Shown here piece after piece: positions 19,429 through 30,361 of a stretch of DNA of 64,000 nt. The translations under genes were made by a program, and so were the position numbers. Numbering within the stretch: the stretch's first letter is position 1; the number at the start of each line of letters is the position of its first letter. Source of the stretch: Gammaproteobacteria bacterium (GTDB taxonomy: Bacteria > Pseudomonadota > Gammaproteobacteria > JASBUN01); the NCBI GenBank assembly GCA_030147845.1, contig JASBUN010000041.1:34630-98629 (forward strand). Reading direction: 5' to 3'. The notes under the pieces were generated by a model. The model had not been told where the DNA came from, ran no database searches, and was given only the letters and a program-made list of their open reading frames with translations.

Positions 19429-22251
19429 TCAGTCGACCAAGTCGGGCTCTCGGCATACCGCCAGTATGGCATGCCGGGCACGGTCGCGTAGATCCAGCGC
19501 ACCCTGCCAGTCGCCGCGATCGGCTCTCAAGCCCGGTAAGAACTCAATCTCAATATGCCCGCGACGGGGAAACCAGTGATCGCCTCTCAGTACGTTGCGC
19601 GTGCCGCGTATCGCTACCGGAATGACGGCGATATCGGCGCGTGCGGCACTTACGAACGCGCCCATGCGGAACGAGCGTAATCCCGGCGCCCGGGTAAATG
19701 TCCCCTCCGGAAAAAACACCAGCGACTGGCCTCGACGCACCGCTTGAATGATGCGGCTGGCGTCTTGCGCACTGCGCTTGGCATCGAAGCGTTCTACGAA
19801 CCAGGTGCCGGCTTTGTCAAGAAACTTGCGCAAAAACCAGGAGCGTGCGAGTTCGCGTTTGGCCACGAAGCGGTAGTCATGCGGCAAAGCGGAACTGAGC
19901 ACGAGGGCATCGAGATAGCTGGAATGATTGGCTACCACCACGTATGGCTGGCCGGCGACCAAGTGCTGTTGTCCGCGCACGGTCAGCGGCGTGAGCGTAA
20001 GCCAGGACAACAAACGCATGACTCCACGCACTACGGCATGCGGCATACGCCGGCCGGGAAGAATGACCACCAGCAGCCATACGGGTATAGCAAATATGCC
20101 GAATAAAAACCAGGAATAGGCGGCGAACAACCACGATTTGGTGGCCGTTGCGCCGCGTTTGAGCAAGGGCAGTAAGGTAGTGCCATAAAATGCAGCCAAC
20201 TGCGACCAGGAGGCTTCACGCCGGCCGGTTTTGCCGCGCTCGTACAGATCGCGACAGGCGCTGCGGCGTATTTTTCCACTTGAAGTTTTCAGCACGGCAC
20301 GTGGGGGCGCCAGAACGACGTCATCGGCCGGCAGTTGTACCAGTTCGGTGCATACCTGCTCAATCGCACGCATCAGTTCGCCGCGGCGGCCAGGATCGCG
20401 CTCGCGGGTTTCGGCCACAACGATCAACCGTTCGTTGCCGTCGTTAGGATCGATGCTGCCGAATACAGCCACAGCCCCGCCGCGGACGCCCGGCAAATCA
20501 CCGATGGCCTGTTCCAGGTCATATGGATAAATATTACGGCCGGCGCGGATGATGAGGTCTTTAGCGCGGCCGGTGACGAATATTTCGCCCTCGGCAAGAT
20601 AGGCGTAGTCGCCCGAGTCCAACCAGCCATCCTGGAGCAAACGGTTACTCGCCTCGATGTTGCGAAAATAGCCCTGTGTGGCGGATGGCCCGCGAAACTG
20701 CAGTCGGCCGATATGGCGCTCGGGCAGTTCACGCGCACTTCGGTCGACGATGCGCACTTCGTGTCCGCGCAGCGGCAGACCGCAGCCGACGATACGTAGC
20801 GCGTGCGCATTGCAGTCGACCACGCGAGCTTGGCCGCGCCTGCGGAACAGGTCGGCATCGACGCAGTCGATACGCACGCCACGCGCGGGTGGCGGAAATG
20901 CCAAGCCGACGCAATTTTCGGCCAAGCCGTATACCGGCGCCAGCGCTTTCGGGTCTAAGCCATAGGCGCGGAAACGGTCGATAAAACGCATCACCGTGTC
21001 AGCGTTCACCGGTTCGGCGCCGTTGCACATAAAACGTAATGTGCTGAGATCGAGTCCATCGATTTCCGCCTCGGTAATTTTGCGTGCGCACAGTTCGTAG
21101 GCGAAGTTCGGAGCGGCGGATAAGGTGCCGCCAAATCGGTTAATAGCCCACAGCCAGCGGTGCGGTCTGGCGATGAATGCGAGCGGTGACATCAGTACCA
21201 GCGGGATGCCGTGGTAAAGGGTGCCCAGCCATGCGCCGATCAACCCCATATCGTGATATAGCGGAAGCCAACTGACGAACACATCACTGGCGTCGATATG
21301 CAGCGCGGCGCCCATCGCACGGATATTGGCCAGCAGGTTGGCGTGCGTGAGTACCACGCCTTTCGGCATGCCGGTGCTGCCGGAGGTATATTGCATCAGT
21401 GCGACATCGGTGTCGTGGCACCGCACGCGCGCGCCGGCAGGCGAAGCGGCAAGTTCTTCGACCGTACATACTTCGCGCAAGCATGCGAGCCGGCTACGCA
21501 GAAACTGGCCGACCTTATGCGCTTCCGCAACGGTGATCAGAAGCACCGCTTCGGCATTGTCGAGGATGCCGGCTTGGCGTTGCAGGTGCTCGGTAAGCTG
21601 CGCCATGCGCGCCGGCGGATAGATCGGCACAGGTACTGCGCCGGCGAGCAAAATTCCGGCGAAAGCGTAAAAGAAATCCGCACTCGTGGGCAGCATGAGC
21701 GCGACACTTTGTCCAGGTTCGAGCGCACGTTCCCGCAGTCCGCCGGCGACGCGCTGGGCGCGTTCCCAAAGATCGATGTAGCGCAGCTTGGTTACTGCCG
21801 TACCGTCGGTGTCGAGCAGCAAGATATGCTCCCGTTCCGGCTGATTTTCGACATGCCACTGCAGCGCATCGGTCAGCGTCGCCGCCTGTGAAGGTGGTGC
21901 GTGAGCGGCTTTGGCGCTGATTCTGACAGCGCTCGTCGGCGCGAGCGCGCTCGGCGTGGTAGCGTTGCTCAAGGCGGCGATCAGGTCGGCGACGGTTTCG
22001 GCGGAAAAGATCGATTGTTCGGGCAACTGTACGTGAAAATTTGATTCCAGCCGTCGCAGCAGTTCGGTACGCCCGAGACTGTCGAGGCCGGCATCAGTGT
22101 CGACCGAGCTATGCTCGGTCAGTTGCAAATTGGTGCGCCCGGGGTTGATTTCCGCAGCCAGTTGTTCGACCGTTGCAATGATCTGTGCGCGGGTATCGAG
22201 GCTGGCGCCACCGGCGGATGGCTTGTCGGCAGGGTGGTCGGGTTTTGACAT
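19429..22251 (-). CDS. Fusion protein: acyl carrier domain + fatty-acid adenylating (AMP-ligase) domain + membrane segment + PlsC-type acyltransferase
   Basis: PP-attachment motif GLDSLGRTELL (Ser about aa 58). Adenylation core MQYTSGSTGMPKGVVLTH and SGDYAY. Hydrophobic stretch WLFAAYSWFLFGIFAIPVWLLVVILPG. Acyltransferase motifs NHSSYLD (HX4D) and FPEGTFTR. Confidence 0.8.
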   Translation of the reverse strand: MSKPDHPADKPSAGGASLDTRAQIIATVEQLAAEINPGRTNLQLTEHSSVDTDAGLDSLGRTELLRRLESNFHVQLPEQSIFSAETVADLIAALSNATTPSALAPTSAVRISAKAAHAPPSQAATLTDALQWHVENQPEREHILLLDTDGTAVTKLRYIDLWERAQRVAGGLRERALEPGQSVALMLPTSADFFYAFAGILLAGAVPVPIYPPARMAQLTEHLQRQAGILDNAEAVLLITVAEAHKVGQFLRSRLACLREVCTVEELAASPAGARVRCHDTDVALMQYTSGSTGMPKGVVLTHANLLANIRAMGAALHIDASDVFVSWLPLYHDMGLIGAWLGTLYHGIPLVLMSPLAFIARPHRWLWAINRFGGTLSAAPNFAYELCARKITEAEIDGLDLSTLRFMCNGAEPVNADTVMRFIDRFRAYGLDPKALAPVYGLAENCVGLAFPPPARGVRIDCVDADLFRRRGQARVVDCNAHALRIVGCGLPLRGHEVRIVDRSARELPERHIGRLQFRGPSATQGYFRNIEASNRLLQDGWLDSGDYAYLAEGEIFVTGRAKDLIIRAGRNIYPYDLEQAIGDLPGVRGGAVAVFGSIDPNDGNERLIVVAETRERDPGRRGELMRAIEQVCTELVQLPADDVVLAPPRAVLKTSSGKIRRSACRDLYERGKTGRREASWSQLAAFYGTTLLPLLKRGATATKSWLFAAYSWFLFGIFAIPVWLLVVILPGRRMPHAVVRGVMRLLSWLTLTPLTVRGQQHLVAGQPYVVVANHSSYLDALVLSSALPHDYRFVAKRELARSWFLRKFLDKAGTWFVERFDAKRSAQDASRIIQAVRRGQSLVFFPEGTFTRAPGLRSFRMGAFVSAARADIAVIPVAIRGTRNVLRGDHWFPRRGHIEIEFLPGLRADRGDWQGALDLRDRARHAILAVCREPDLVD

Positions 22252-22463
22252 ACGGTTCCTGTACGGCCGTGCGCGGCTTCGCCTTGTTTACCGAGTTACC
22301 GGCGATCGCTCCCTATGCGTTTCTGTCCGCTGTGAAAAGAATAGCGTACACCAAGATGCTGACATTACAGCGTACTTATTTCTAAATATAGTGTACCGTT
22401 GTTTTCGGGTTGTGGCTGTTCATTGGGTTCTATGCGTTAACTATTATGCACTCAGGATGCAGA

Positions 22464-23822
22464 ATGCTTCGAACACGGCACTCGTTGCACCGGCGTCTCG
22501 CACTTATGGTCGTGCTGGCCGGGTTGTCGATGTTGGTTGCCGGCGTGGTAGCCGCCGGCGGCGCGCGCAGCGATCGCGCTTTGTTGTTGCAACTCAAGGG
22601 CCCGATCGGACCCGCTAGTAGTGCTTATGTTTTGCGCGGTTTGGCGTACGCGCGCGCGCAAAGCATGCGCGTGGTCATCTTGCGCATCGACACTCCAGGT
22701 GGACTCGATACCTCCATGCGCGCCATCATCCAGGCAATCCTCGCGTCACCGGTGCCGGTGGTCTCGTATGTCAGTCCGGGCGGAGCACATGCGGCCAGCG
22801 CGGGCACCTATATTCTGTATGCCAGCCATATCGCCGCCATGGCGCCTGGCACCAATGTGGGCGCGGCCACACCGGTACAATTGGGCGCCGGCGGTTCGTC
22901 CGAGGCGAATTCTGAACACGGCAGCACGATGGAACGTAAGATGGTGAACGATGCGGTCGCCTATATTCGCAGTCTGGCTAAGTTGCGCCAGCGTAATGCG
23001 GATTGGGCCGAGCAAGCCGTACGCGGAGCCGCCAGTCTACCGGCCGATCAAGCCCTGAAGATGGACGTGATCGATGTTGTCGCCGACAACGTGGCACAAC
23101 TGTTACATGATATCGACGGTCGTAGTGTGATGGTGCAGGGCCGATTGGTCGTGTTGCATACCGGTGGTCTGCACGTGCAGCCGCTTGAACCCGATTGGCA
23201 TAACCGCTTATTGGCGACGATCACCGATCCGAATGTCGCCTACGTTCTGATGTTGATCGGAATCTATGGGTTATTTTTTGAACTGGTCAGTCCGGGACAT
23301 ATCCTGCCTGGGGTCGCGGGCGCCATTTGTCTGATATTGGCGCTGTACGCGTTTCAGACTCTGCCGGTCAACTACGCTGGGTTGGCGTTGATTTTGCTCG
23401 GTGTCGGCTTCATGGTCGCCGAGGCGTTCGTGCCGAGTTTCGGTGCGCTGGGTATCGGCGGCGTGATCGCTTTTGTGACAGGTTCTATCCTGCTTATGGA
23501 TACCGATTCCCCGTTATATCGTATTTCGCGACCGCTCATTTTCGGCGTTGCCATAGTCAGCGCCGGCTTGATCATTGCGCTCATGACGCTGATACTGAGG
23601 GCTCGACGGCGGCCCTTGGTCAGTGGATCAGAACTACTCATCGGTGCGCTCGCTGAGGTGGTGGACAGTTTCGATGGCCGCGGTTTGGTGCGCATACAAG
23701 GTGAGATTTGGCAGGCATGCGGCGCGCAGCCGCTGCGAAAGGGTGAGCAGGTTCGTGTGATCGGCCGTGATGGACTCGTGCTAAAAGTCGCATCGCAGTC
23801 CACGCCGGTTGCCTCGCGCTGA
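22464..23822 (+). CDS. NfeD-family membrane-bound ClpP-class serine protease
   Basis: Signal/anchor [27 protein letters not shown], a ClpP-like domain (LRIDTPGG...SAG), multiple TM helices, and a C-terminal OB-like domain ([10 protein letters not shown]). It precedes an SPFH gene. ATG 22464 follows AGGA. Confidence 0.8.
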   Translation: MLRTRHSLHRRLALMVVLAGLSMLVAGVVAAGGARSDRALLLQLKGPIGPASSAYVLRGLAYARAQSMRVVILRIDTPGGLDTSMRAIIQAILASPVPVVSYVSPGGAHAASAGTYILYASHIAAMAPGTNVGAATPVQLGAGGSSEANSEHGSTMERKMVNDAVAYIRSLAKLRQRNADWAEQAVRGAASLPADQALKMDVIDVVADNVAQLLHDIDGRSVMVQGRLVVLHTGGLHVQPLEPDWHNRLLATITDPNVAYVLMLIGIYGLFFELVSPGHILPGVAGAICLILALYAFQTLPVNYAGLALILLGVGFMVAEAFVPSFGALGIGGVIAFVTGSILLMDTDSPLYRISRPLIFGVAIVSAGLIIALMTLILRARRRPLVSGSELLIGALAEVVDSFDGRGLVRIQGEIWQACGAQPLRKGEQVRVIGRDGLVLKVASQSTPVASR

Positions 23823-23868
23823 ATCGGCGTCCGGCACAGTGCAATCCGTCGATAGGACGGTCGGAGGA

Positions 23869-24633
23869 ATGGCAATGACGGTATATACACTGTATGTGGC
23901 GATTGCCGTAGTCGTGGTAGTGATTGCGTCTTCGTTACGTGTGCTGCGCGAATACGATCGTGCGGTGATCTTTATGCTAGGCCGATTTTATAAAGTAAAG
24001 GGGCCGGGTTTGATATTGGTGATCCCGGTCGTTCAGCAAATGGTAAAGGTCGATCTGCGCGTCATTGTCATGGACGTGCCGAGTCAGGACGTTATTTCGC
24101 GAGATAATGTTTCGGTCAAGGTGAACGCGGTGGTGTACTTTCGTGTGCTCGATCCGCAGCGTTCCATCATTCAGGTCGAGAATTACTACGTTGCCACCAG
24201 TCAGTTGGCACAAACTACACTGCGGTCGGTATTGGGCAAGCATGATCTGGATGAAATGCTCGCCGAGCGCGATAAATTGAATGCCGATATACAGACTATT
24301 CTTGACAGCCAAACCGACGCATGGGGCATCAAGGTTGCTAACGTCGAGATCAAGCATATCGATTTAAATGAAAACATGGTGCGCGCCATTGCCCGCCAGG
24401 CGGAGGCTGAACGTGAGCGCCGTTCCAAGGTTATCCATGCGGAAGGTGAGATGCAGGCATCGGAAAAATTATTTCAGGCCGCGGAGGTGCTGGCGCAGAA
24501 CCCGAATTCCATCCTTTTGCGCTACTTGCAGACATTGACCGAGATCGGCGGCGAAAAGAATTCCACTATTGTATTTCCAGTTCCTGTCGATCTTTTGCGG
24601 CCGTTGATGAAGCTCGCAGAAAAAGACGACTAA
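23869..24633 (+). CDS. SPFH/stomatin-like (slipin) membrane protein
   Basis: [38 protein letters not shown] and AEAERERR motifs. GGAGG at 23863-23867 precedes the ATG. Confidence 0.9.
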   Translation: MAMTVYTLYVAIAVVVVVIASSLRVLREYDRAVIFMLGRFYKVKGPGLILVIPVVQQMVKVDLRVIVMDVPSQDVISRDNVSVKVNAVVYFRVLDPQRSIIQVENYYVATSQLAQTTLRSVLGKHDLDEMLAERDKLNADIQTILDSQTDAWGIKVANVEIKHIDLNENMVRAIARQAEAERERRSKVIHAEGEMQASEKLFQAAEVLAQNPNSILLRYLQTLTEIGGEKNSTIVFPVPVDLLRPLMKLAEKDD

Positions 24634-24745
24634 GCGCGTGTTGTGCGCGGCTTTAGTCCAACCGGCCCAATGACGGTCGTAGCGGATATCCGACAGGCTG
24701 CTGTTGCGAATGGTTGCGCCGCAGCGAATGGTAGTCGATCTTTGT

Positions 24746-25678
24746 ATGGCTATGGATGATGGGCAAACAGTTACAGCGGCGGTTTCCGCGCGCGATCGAC
24801 AAGCGATCGAGTCATTTGCCGATGCGCTGTGGGTGGAACGCGGTCTGAGTGATAATACCCTCGAAGCCTATCGCGCCGATTTGCTGGGATTGGCCAAATG
24901 GCTGAATGGTGCCGGCAACGGCCTGCTGGGCGCCACTCGTGGCGATTTGCTTGCCTACCTTTCTCACCGGGTCAAGGTTGGTGCGCGGCCGCGCACCACC
25001 GCGCGTCTGTTATCGAGTCTACGGCGTTTTTACCGTTATCTGGTCCGCGAGGGGCGTATTCAGGCGGATCCGTCGGCGCGTATCGATGCGCCGAAGTTAG
25101 GTCGCGCGTTGCCACAGACGCTGACCGAGGCGGAAGTCGGAATGTTGCTTGAAAGCCCTAATATCGACGATCCATTAGGCATGCGCGATCGTACCATGCT
25201 GGAATTACTCTACGCTACCGGGTTGCGGGTATCCGAATTGGTCAATTTGAATGATGATCAGATCAATATGCGGCAGGGCGTGGTGCGTATTATCGGTAAG
25301 GGCAATAAGGAGCGCTTGGTGCCGATGGGTGAGGAAGCGATCGATTGGCTACAACGCTATATCGAGTCGGCGCGCCCGCAGCTTACCCGCGGTCGAGCCA
25401 GCGAATACTTATTCCCGAGTCGCCGCGCTGATCGCATGACGAGGCAGACGTTTTGGTATGTTATAAAACGTCACGCCGAACGCGCCGGTATCAGAAAACA
25501 TCTCTCTCCGCACACTTTGCGTCATGCGTTTGCCACTCACTTGCTCAACCATGGGGCGGACTTGCGCGTGGTGCAGATGCTGCTCGGCCACAGCGACCTA
25601 TCGACTACGCAGATTTACACGCACGTGGCGCGCGAGCGCCTAAAGGTAATTCATCAGCGCCACCACCCGCGCGGCTGA
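24746..25678 (+). CDS. xerD: Site-specific tyrosine recombinase XerD
   Basis: FADALWVERGLSDNTLEAYRADL, ATGLRVSELV, HTLRHAFATHLL and LLGHSDLSTTQIYTHV. The start is ambiguous among nearby ATGs (24704/24746/24752). Confidence 0.9.
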   Translation: MAMDDGQTVTAAVSARDRQAIESFADALWVERGLSDNTLEAYRADLLGLAKWLNGAGNGLLGATRGDLLAYLSHRVKVGARPRTTARLLSSLRRFYRYLVREGRIQADPSARIDAPKLGRALPQTLTEAEVGMLLESPNIDDPLGMRDRTMLELLYATGLRVSELVNLNDDQINMRQGVVRIIGKGNKERLVPMGEEAIDWLQRYIESARPQLTRGRASEYLFPSRRADRMTRQTFWYVIKRHAERAGIRKHLSPHTLRHAFATHLLNHGADLRVVQMLLGHSDLSTTQIYTHVARERLKVIHQRHHPRG

Positions 25679-25690
25679 TCTCCGCAGTGC

Positions 25691-26554
25691 TCAGTGCAGG
25701 GCGTTGAACATACGTCGGCGGTAGTGGCCGACGCGCGGATCGTCCTCGCCGAGCAGGCTGAAAATCGACAGCAGCGCTTTACGTCCCGCATCATCGCCAT
25801 ATTGGCGATCGCGCTGGGCAATGGCGAGAAAATGCCCCATGGCTTCTTCGTAGTCGCCCGCCAGCACTTTGCGTGCGCCTAGTTGGTAGCGCGCCTCGCT
25901 GTCATTGGGGTTGTTGCGCACCGCCGCCGTCAGCACGGATTCGTCGGCGGCATTTTCGGCCATGCGCGTGAATTCCATCTGCGCCATCAATACTGCGGCT
26001 TCCGGTTCCTGCGTAACGGCCAGCGGTAGCGTCTGGACGATTTGTTCGGCGGCCTGCAGATCGCCTTGCTCGAGGTGAATACGGATACGATCAAAGGCGA
26101 TCTGATGATTGTCCGGGTCCATTTCGGAGGCCCGGCTCAACAGTTTGAGCGCGCCGCCTACGTCGCCGCCTTGGTATGCTGCATCTGCTTGGCTGCGTAA
26201 CGTATCAGATTCGCGCGCGACATAGCGGTCGATCAACGCGCGGATAACCGATTCGGGCTGAGCGCCCTGCAATTCCTGCACCGGTTGGCCGTTTCTGAAT
26301 AATTTCAGCGTAGGAATGCTGCGTATGCCGTGCTGTGCGGCGAGCTCGCGTTCGGCTTCGGTATCGACTTTGGCTAGCAGAAACTTACCGGCGTAGTCCT
26401 GCACCAGCTTGTCCAACACTGGCATCAATACTTTGCATGGCCCACACCAGTCGGCCCAGAAATCAACCAACACCGGGATTTGGTTTGATTTGTCCCGTAC
26501 TGCGGTATCGAAATTCTGCGCCGTGGCGACGATGACATTGGCGGATGTGCTCAT
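25691..26554 (-). CDS. ybbN: Thioredoxin-domain/TPR co-chaperone YbbN (CnoX-like)
   Basis: VLVDFWADWCGPCK followed by a TPR-like C-terminal half; length 287 aa. Confidence 0.85.
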   Translation of the reverse strand: MSTSANVIVATAQNFDTAVRDKSNQIPVLVDFWADWCGPCKVLMPVLDKLVQDYAGKFLLAKVDTEAERELAAQHGIRSIPTLKLFRNGQPVQELQGAQPESVIRALIDRYVARESDTLRSQADAAYQGGDVGGALKLLSRASEMDPDNHQIAFDRIRIHLEQGDLQAAEQIVQTLPLAVTQEPEAAVLMAQMEFTRMAENAADESVLTAAVRNNPNDSEARYQLGARKVLAGDYEEAMGHFLAIAQRDRQYGDDAGRKALLSIFSLLGEDDPRVGHYRRRMFNALH

Positions 26555-26685
26555 AGAATATCCCTGAAAATTGCGAAGGTATTAAAATGGCAGAAGCGCT
26601 ATACGATGCATCGAGCGGACGCGGTAAGTCCGCTCGATGCGCGCGAGGGAGCGCACTCGCTTACAAAAATTGGGGCGCTTGATGA

Positions 26686-29600
26686 TTATTCAAGAGCGAC
26701 GCGGTGCAGGCGGCGGCAGGCGGTGAACAGTAATACGGTCTCGATCACCCGCTCGGGCCACAATCGAGCCGCACCCTGCGCGTACCAGCGCAGTTGCTCG
26801 ATATAGTTGCCCGCCAGTTGGTCCAAGTTTTCCGGTTGTGCGCCGGCGTGAGTCTTGTAGTCGACTATCAATATTCGTGTCGGGCTCACTATGACGCGGT
26901 CGATGACTCCGTGAACCAGATCTTGACCGGCATAATATTGAATCGCCACTTCGTTGTAGGCCCATTGCGCTGCGCTGCCGAACACGGATGCAAGTGCGGG
27001 ATCGTGCACGACTTGCCACGCTTCATCCCACCAACTTTGAAGGCGCTGGTCATCATTGTTGAGCGCAAGTTCGCGCGCCAACGCGCGCAAGGCATCGTCG
27101 CGCTTGGGCGCCGGCGCGACGCTTAGCCATTCCAACAAGCGATGGATGCCAAGCCCGCGTTGGCGGCCATCCTCGCCGGGCAGCGTGGTTGCATCTACCA
27201 TCGAAGTACTGCGGCTGGGGGCAATCTCGCGACGCCGGTTCAAGGTAGCTAGCGGCTGGCGCAGCCTCGCATCAAGGACCGGACCGCTAACCGCGGCCGT
27301 GGCTGCATCGGTTGCGCAACATTCCGGCGGTTGGACCGGTGAACGCAGTGTCAGCGTGGCGCCCTCTGGCTGCGCGATGGGCTCGAGTTGGCTGCGGATT
27401 TTTCCATACCAGCCTAAATCTTTGCCGCGCGCCGGTTCGCTACCGCTAATGATCAGATACTGGCGGGCGCGTGAAAGCGCCACATAAAGCAGATTGGCCT
27501 CTTCGCGGCGGGCGGCATCATCGTCGTGCTGTAACATGCGTGTGCTGATGGTATCCCGCTGCGCGCTCTTCGGCGCCAGGTAAAAGCTCGTTGGGCGTTC
27601 CGAGTCGGCCGGCCATTGCACCACCGTTCGCAGTGCCTCGCTGCGCGCCGTCGACGCGGTCGTGTCGGCCAAGAACACCACTGGCGCTTCCAGACCCTTC
27701 GACGCATGTATCGTCAGTATGCGAACGCGGTCGTCGGCACTGCCGGCGGGCGGCGCATCCGGCGCCTCGAGCCGATGGCGGCGCAGCTCCTGTAAACGAT
27801 GTATAAAGTGCGCGAGACTCGGGTAACGACCGCTATCGACTTCCAATGCCAGTTCCAGAAAGCGGGTTAAGTTCGAACGCGCGCGGGCGCGCAAGCCCTG
27901 CGGGAAAGCCGCTTCATAGCGACGAAGGACGTTGCCTTCGCTATAGATGCGGTCCAGCAGGTCGTGTACGGGTATCTGTCCGGCCCATGTACTCCAACGC
28001 TTCAGCAGGCGTTGTGCGCGCGCGAGTGTAGCGGTCGCCCCGGTGCTGTCGGCGAACTGTGCCAGGCGTTCATACCAGTATGCGCCACCGCCGTCCGCGG
28101 CCAAGCGTATGAGGTCTTCGTCGCTGACCGCGAACACGGGCGAACGTAGTACTTGTGCCAGCGCCAAATTGTTGTAGGGCATGACCAATATGGTTAGCAG
28201 GGCTTCCATATCCTGAATTTCCAGGCTGCTCAGCAGCGTACCGCGCTCGGCGCCGAGATAGGGGATATTCGCCTCGCGCAACGCCCTTTCGATGGCGTGG
28301 GCGTGCGTGCGCTTGCGCAGTAAAATAGAAATGTCACTGTATTGCACTGCCCGGTAGCCGTCACCGTCGACGATCGGTAGCGGTTGGCGAATCATTGCCT
28401 CAATGCGTGCGGCGATGCTGCGGCCTTCTTCGAAGTGACGCGCATCTTCCTCCACAATCCGCGCTGCATGCAGTGGGTTACGCAGTTCGGTTGCAGCGTG
28501 CGTGTTGGCGGCAGTGTCCATTGGTGGTGGCGCCGATAGTGGCAGCACATCGACCTGCCCCCAGAACGCGCGCCGGTGTGTATCGTGGGGCTTGAAGTTC
28601 GGTAAGTAGTCATTGAGTTCGCCACCGCCAAATACAGCATTGATGCAGTCGATGACGGCCGGCGAGGAACGCCAGGAGTGGTCCAGCGAATAAGATTGTG
28701 CGTCTAGATTCTGGCCCAGCCAGTCGGCGGCGCTGTCCATCAGACGAGGCTCGGCACGGCGGAATCGGTAGATCGACTGTTTTACGTCACCGACCAAAAA
28801 GACACTGCGCTGTCGTTCATTGTCGCCGGCGGCAAGCTCTTGCAGCAACGGCAGTAGCAGGCGCCATTGCGTGGGGTTCGTGTCTTGGAATTCATCGACC
28901 AGGAAATGATCGATGCGCTGGTCCAGTTTGTACTGGATCCAATGGGCGTTGTCGGCGTTATGTAGGAGTTCGTATGTTTTCCATTCCAGATCGTCGAAAT
29001 CGAGCCAGCGTTGCTCGCGCTTGATGCGTTGGTAGTGTTCCAGTAACCGCGTTCCGGCCCGGAACCATGCGCACGACAACCGCCACGTGTGGCGACGCCG
29101 GAGTTGGTCAAACAACTGTTCGAGGCGCTCGCAGAGCGAGTCGTGCAGTGCCAGGAATCGCTGTTGCGCCTCCGCGCCCATATTTTTTTCTTGGGTTTTA
29201 CTAGCCTTGCGTACGCGGCGTGTACCGCTGCCGGTAAAAAAGACTTGGCGCAGCAATGCCCAGCGTTGCTCGTCGTCGAGCTGGGTGTCCAGTGCCTGGG
29301 TCAAGAGACCGGCGTGCCCAAGGTTGCTGGCGGTTGCGTGTCGCTGCAGCAGCGCCGCAAAGTGGCTCACGTCGGCGCTCATTGCGGCTACAAACGCCGC
29401 GCCCGGATCGGCGTCGGGATCGATGTCGAGTAACCGTAACAGCGACTGTTCGGCATATGCCGGCGCGTCAGCCTGCCCCTCTGTGAATGCCCACCAGTCG
29501 CTACGGTGATGCAGAAAGGCGGATAGCGCCGCGTGCGTATTGTGTAAGCCGCCGCACTGGTCAAACAGTGTTTCCAGCGCGCGTGCGGTGGCGCCGTCTT

Positions 29601-30114
29601 GAGCCGCTGTGGCTTCGTTATAGAGTGCATCCCAGGCCTCGTTTTGGAGTAGCCCGGCGGTGTCGAGCAACTCGAACCCCGGCGGTACCGAGGCCTCCAG
29701 TGGAAAACGTTGTAGCGTGTCCTGGCAGAAGGCATGGAAGGTCGTGGCGCGCACCGGGTGTTCGCTAAACAGTAGTTCTTCGTAGAGGCGACGCGCCCGG
29801 GCCCGGGTTTCGGCGTTAGCGGTGGCGCCCAGCTCAGCCAGTGCCTGATCGAGTTGGCGTTCGGATAGGTGCACATAGCTGAGCAAGCGTTGGTTTAGCC
29901 GTGTCAGTATTTCCGCAGCCGCTTTACGCGTGAATGTGACGGCGAGAATACCGTCCGGGGGCGCGCCGGCGAGCAAAAGTCGCACCAGACGCGTGACCAA
30001 CAACCAAGTCTTGCCGGTGCCCGCGGAGGCCATGACGGTAGCGTTGTTAGATGGCGTGGCGGCCTGCAGGCTGGCGGACATGTCGATTCGGGTTCGAGTA
30101 ACGGTATTGCGCAT
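26686..30114 (-). CDS. addA: UvrD/Rep-family helicase-nuclease, AddA-like
   Basis: Walker A ASAGTGKTWLL, VDEFQDT helicase motif II, and C-terminal PD-(D/E)XK element ILIVDYKTH. Confidence 0.85.
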   Translation of the reverse strand: MRNTVTRTRIDMSASLQAATPSNNATVMASAGTGKTWLLVTRLVRLLLAGAPPDGILAVTFTRKAAAEILTRLNQRLLSYVHLSERQLDQALAELGATANAETRARARRLYEELLFSEHPVRATTFHAFCQDTLQRFPLEASVPPGFELLDTAGLLQNEAWDALYNEATAAQDGATARALETLFDQCGGLHNTHAALSAFLHHRSDWWAFTEGQADAPAYAEQSLLRLLDIDPDADPGAAFVAAMSADVSHFAALLQRHATASNLGHAGLLTQALDTQLDDEQRWALLRQVFFTGSGTRRVRKASKTQEKNMGAEAQQRFLALHDSLCERLEQLFDQLRRRHTWRLSCAWFRAGTRLLEHYQRIKREQRWLDFDDLEWKTYELLHNADNAHWIQYKLDQRIDHFLVDEFQDTNPTQWRLLLPLLQELAAGDNERQRSVFLVGDVKQSIYRFRRAEPRLMDSAADWLGQNLDAQSYSLDHSWRSSPAVIDCINAVFGGGELNDYLPNFKPHDTHRRAFWGQVDVLPLSAPPPMDTAANTHAATELRNPLHAARIVEEDARHFEEGRSIAARIEAMIRQPLPIVDGDGYRAVQYSDISILLRKRTHAHAIERALREANIPYLGAERGTLLSSLEIQDMEALLTILVMPYNNLALAQVLRSPVFAVSDEDLIRLAADGGGAYWYERLAQFADSTGATATLARAQRLLKRWSTWAGQIPVHDLLDRIYSEGNVLRRYEAAFPQGLRARARSNLTRFLELALEVDSGRYPSLAHFIHRLQELRRHRLEAPDAPPAGSADDRVRILTIHASKGLEAPVVFLADTTASTARSEALRTVVQWPADSERPTSFYLAPKSAQRDTISTRMLQHDDDAARREEANLLYVALSRARQYLIISGSEPARGKDLGWYGKIRSQLEPIAQPEGATLTLRSPVQPPECCATDAATAAVSGPVLDARLRQPLATLNRRREIAPSRSTSMVDATTLPGEDGRQRGLGIHRLLEWLSVAPAPKRDDALRALARELALNNDDQRLQSWWDEAWQVVHDPALASVFGSAAQWAYNEVAIQYYAGQDLVHGVIDRVIVSPTRILIVDYKTHAGAQPENLDQLAGNYIEQLRWYAQGAARLWPERVIETVLLFTACRRLHRVALE

Positions 30115-30327
30115 TCTCCCAGAATCGATCTCTGTGAGCGAACTGTGGCCGAGTGTGGTGAATTGGTTTGTAGGCCGAGTCTGATATTGCTGTAGGGAAT
30201 GCCTGGATGGTGATGTGCGACAACGCCTCGTTGTATAGCTTATTTTTCTTCTAATATATTGAACTTATTATGGTTGTTTGGTTGACGGGCGATGCCGGCT
30301 GGCGCCCAGCAGCACTGATTTCACGTT

Positions 30328-30355
30328 TTGCAACACGCGTAAATACCCGTATAAA
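30328..30355 (+). promoter_or_regulatory. Candidate sigma70 promoter of small RNA candidate 1
   Basis: TTGCAA (30328-30333), 16-nt spacer, TATAAA (30350-30355). It has the same architecture as the promoter proposed at 30589-30616. Confidence 0.4.
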
Positions 30356-30361
30356 TAGCCT

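Noticed and set aside
22300-22400. Three GCGTAC/GTGTAC-containing words (TAGCGTACA, CAGCGTACT, TAGTGTACC) in the divergent promoter region between the acyl-ligase fusion and nfeD, considered as a lipid-regulator operator.
   Set aside because: The repeats are short and imperfect, with irregular spacing and no match to a regulator box I can name.
30191-30208. TGTAGG-GAATGC-CTGGAT, about 165 nt upstream of small RNA candidate 1, considered as a second GacA box.
   Set aside because: Only the left half-site matches and the right half is unrelated to CCTACA. It is noted as a half-site only.
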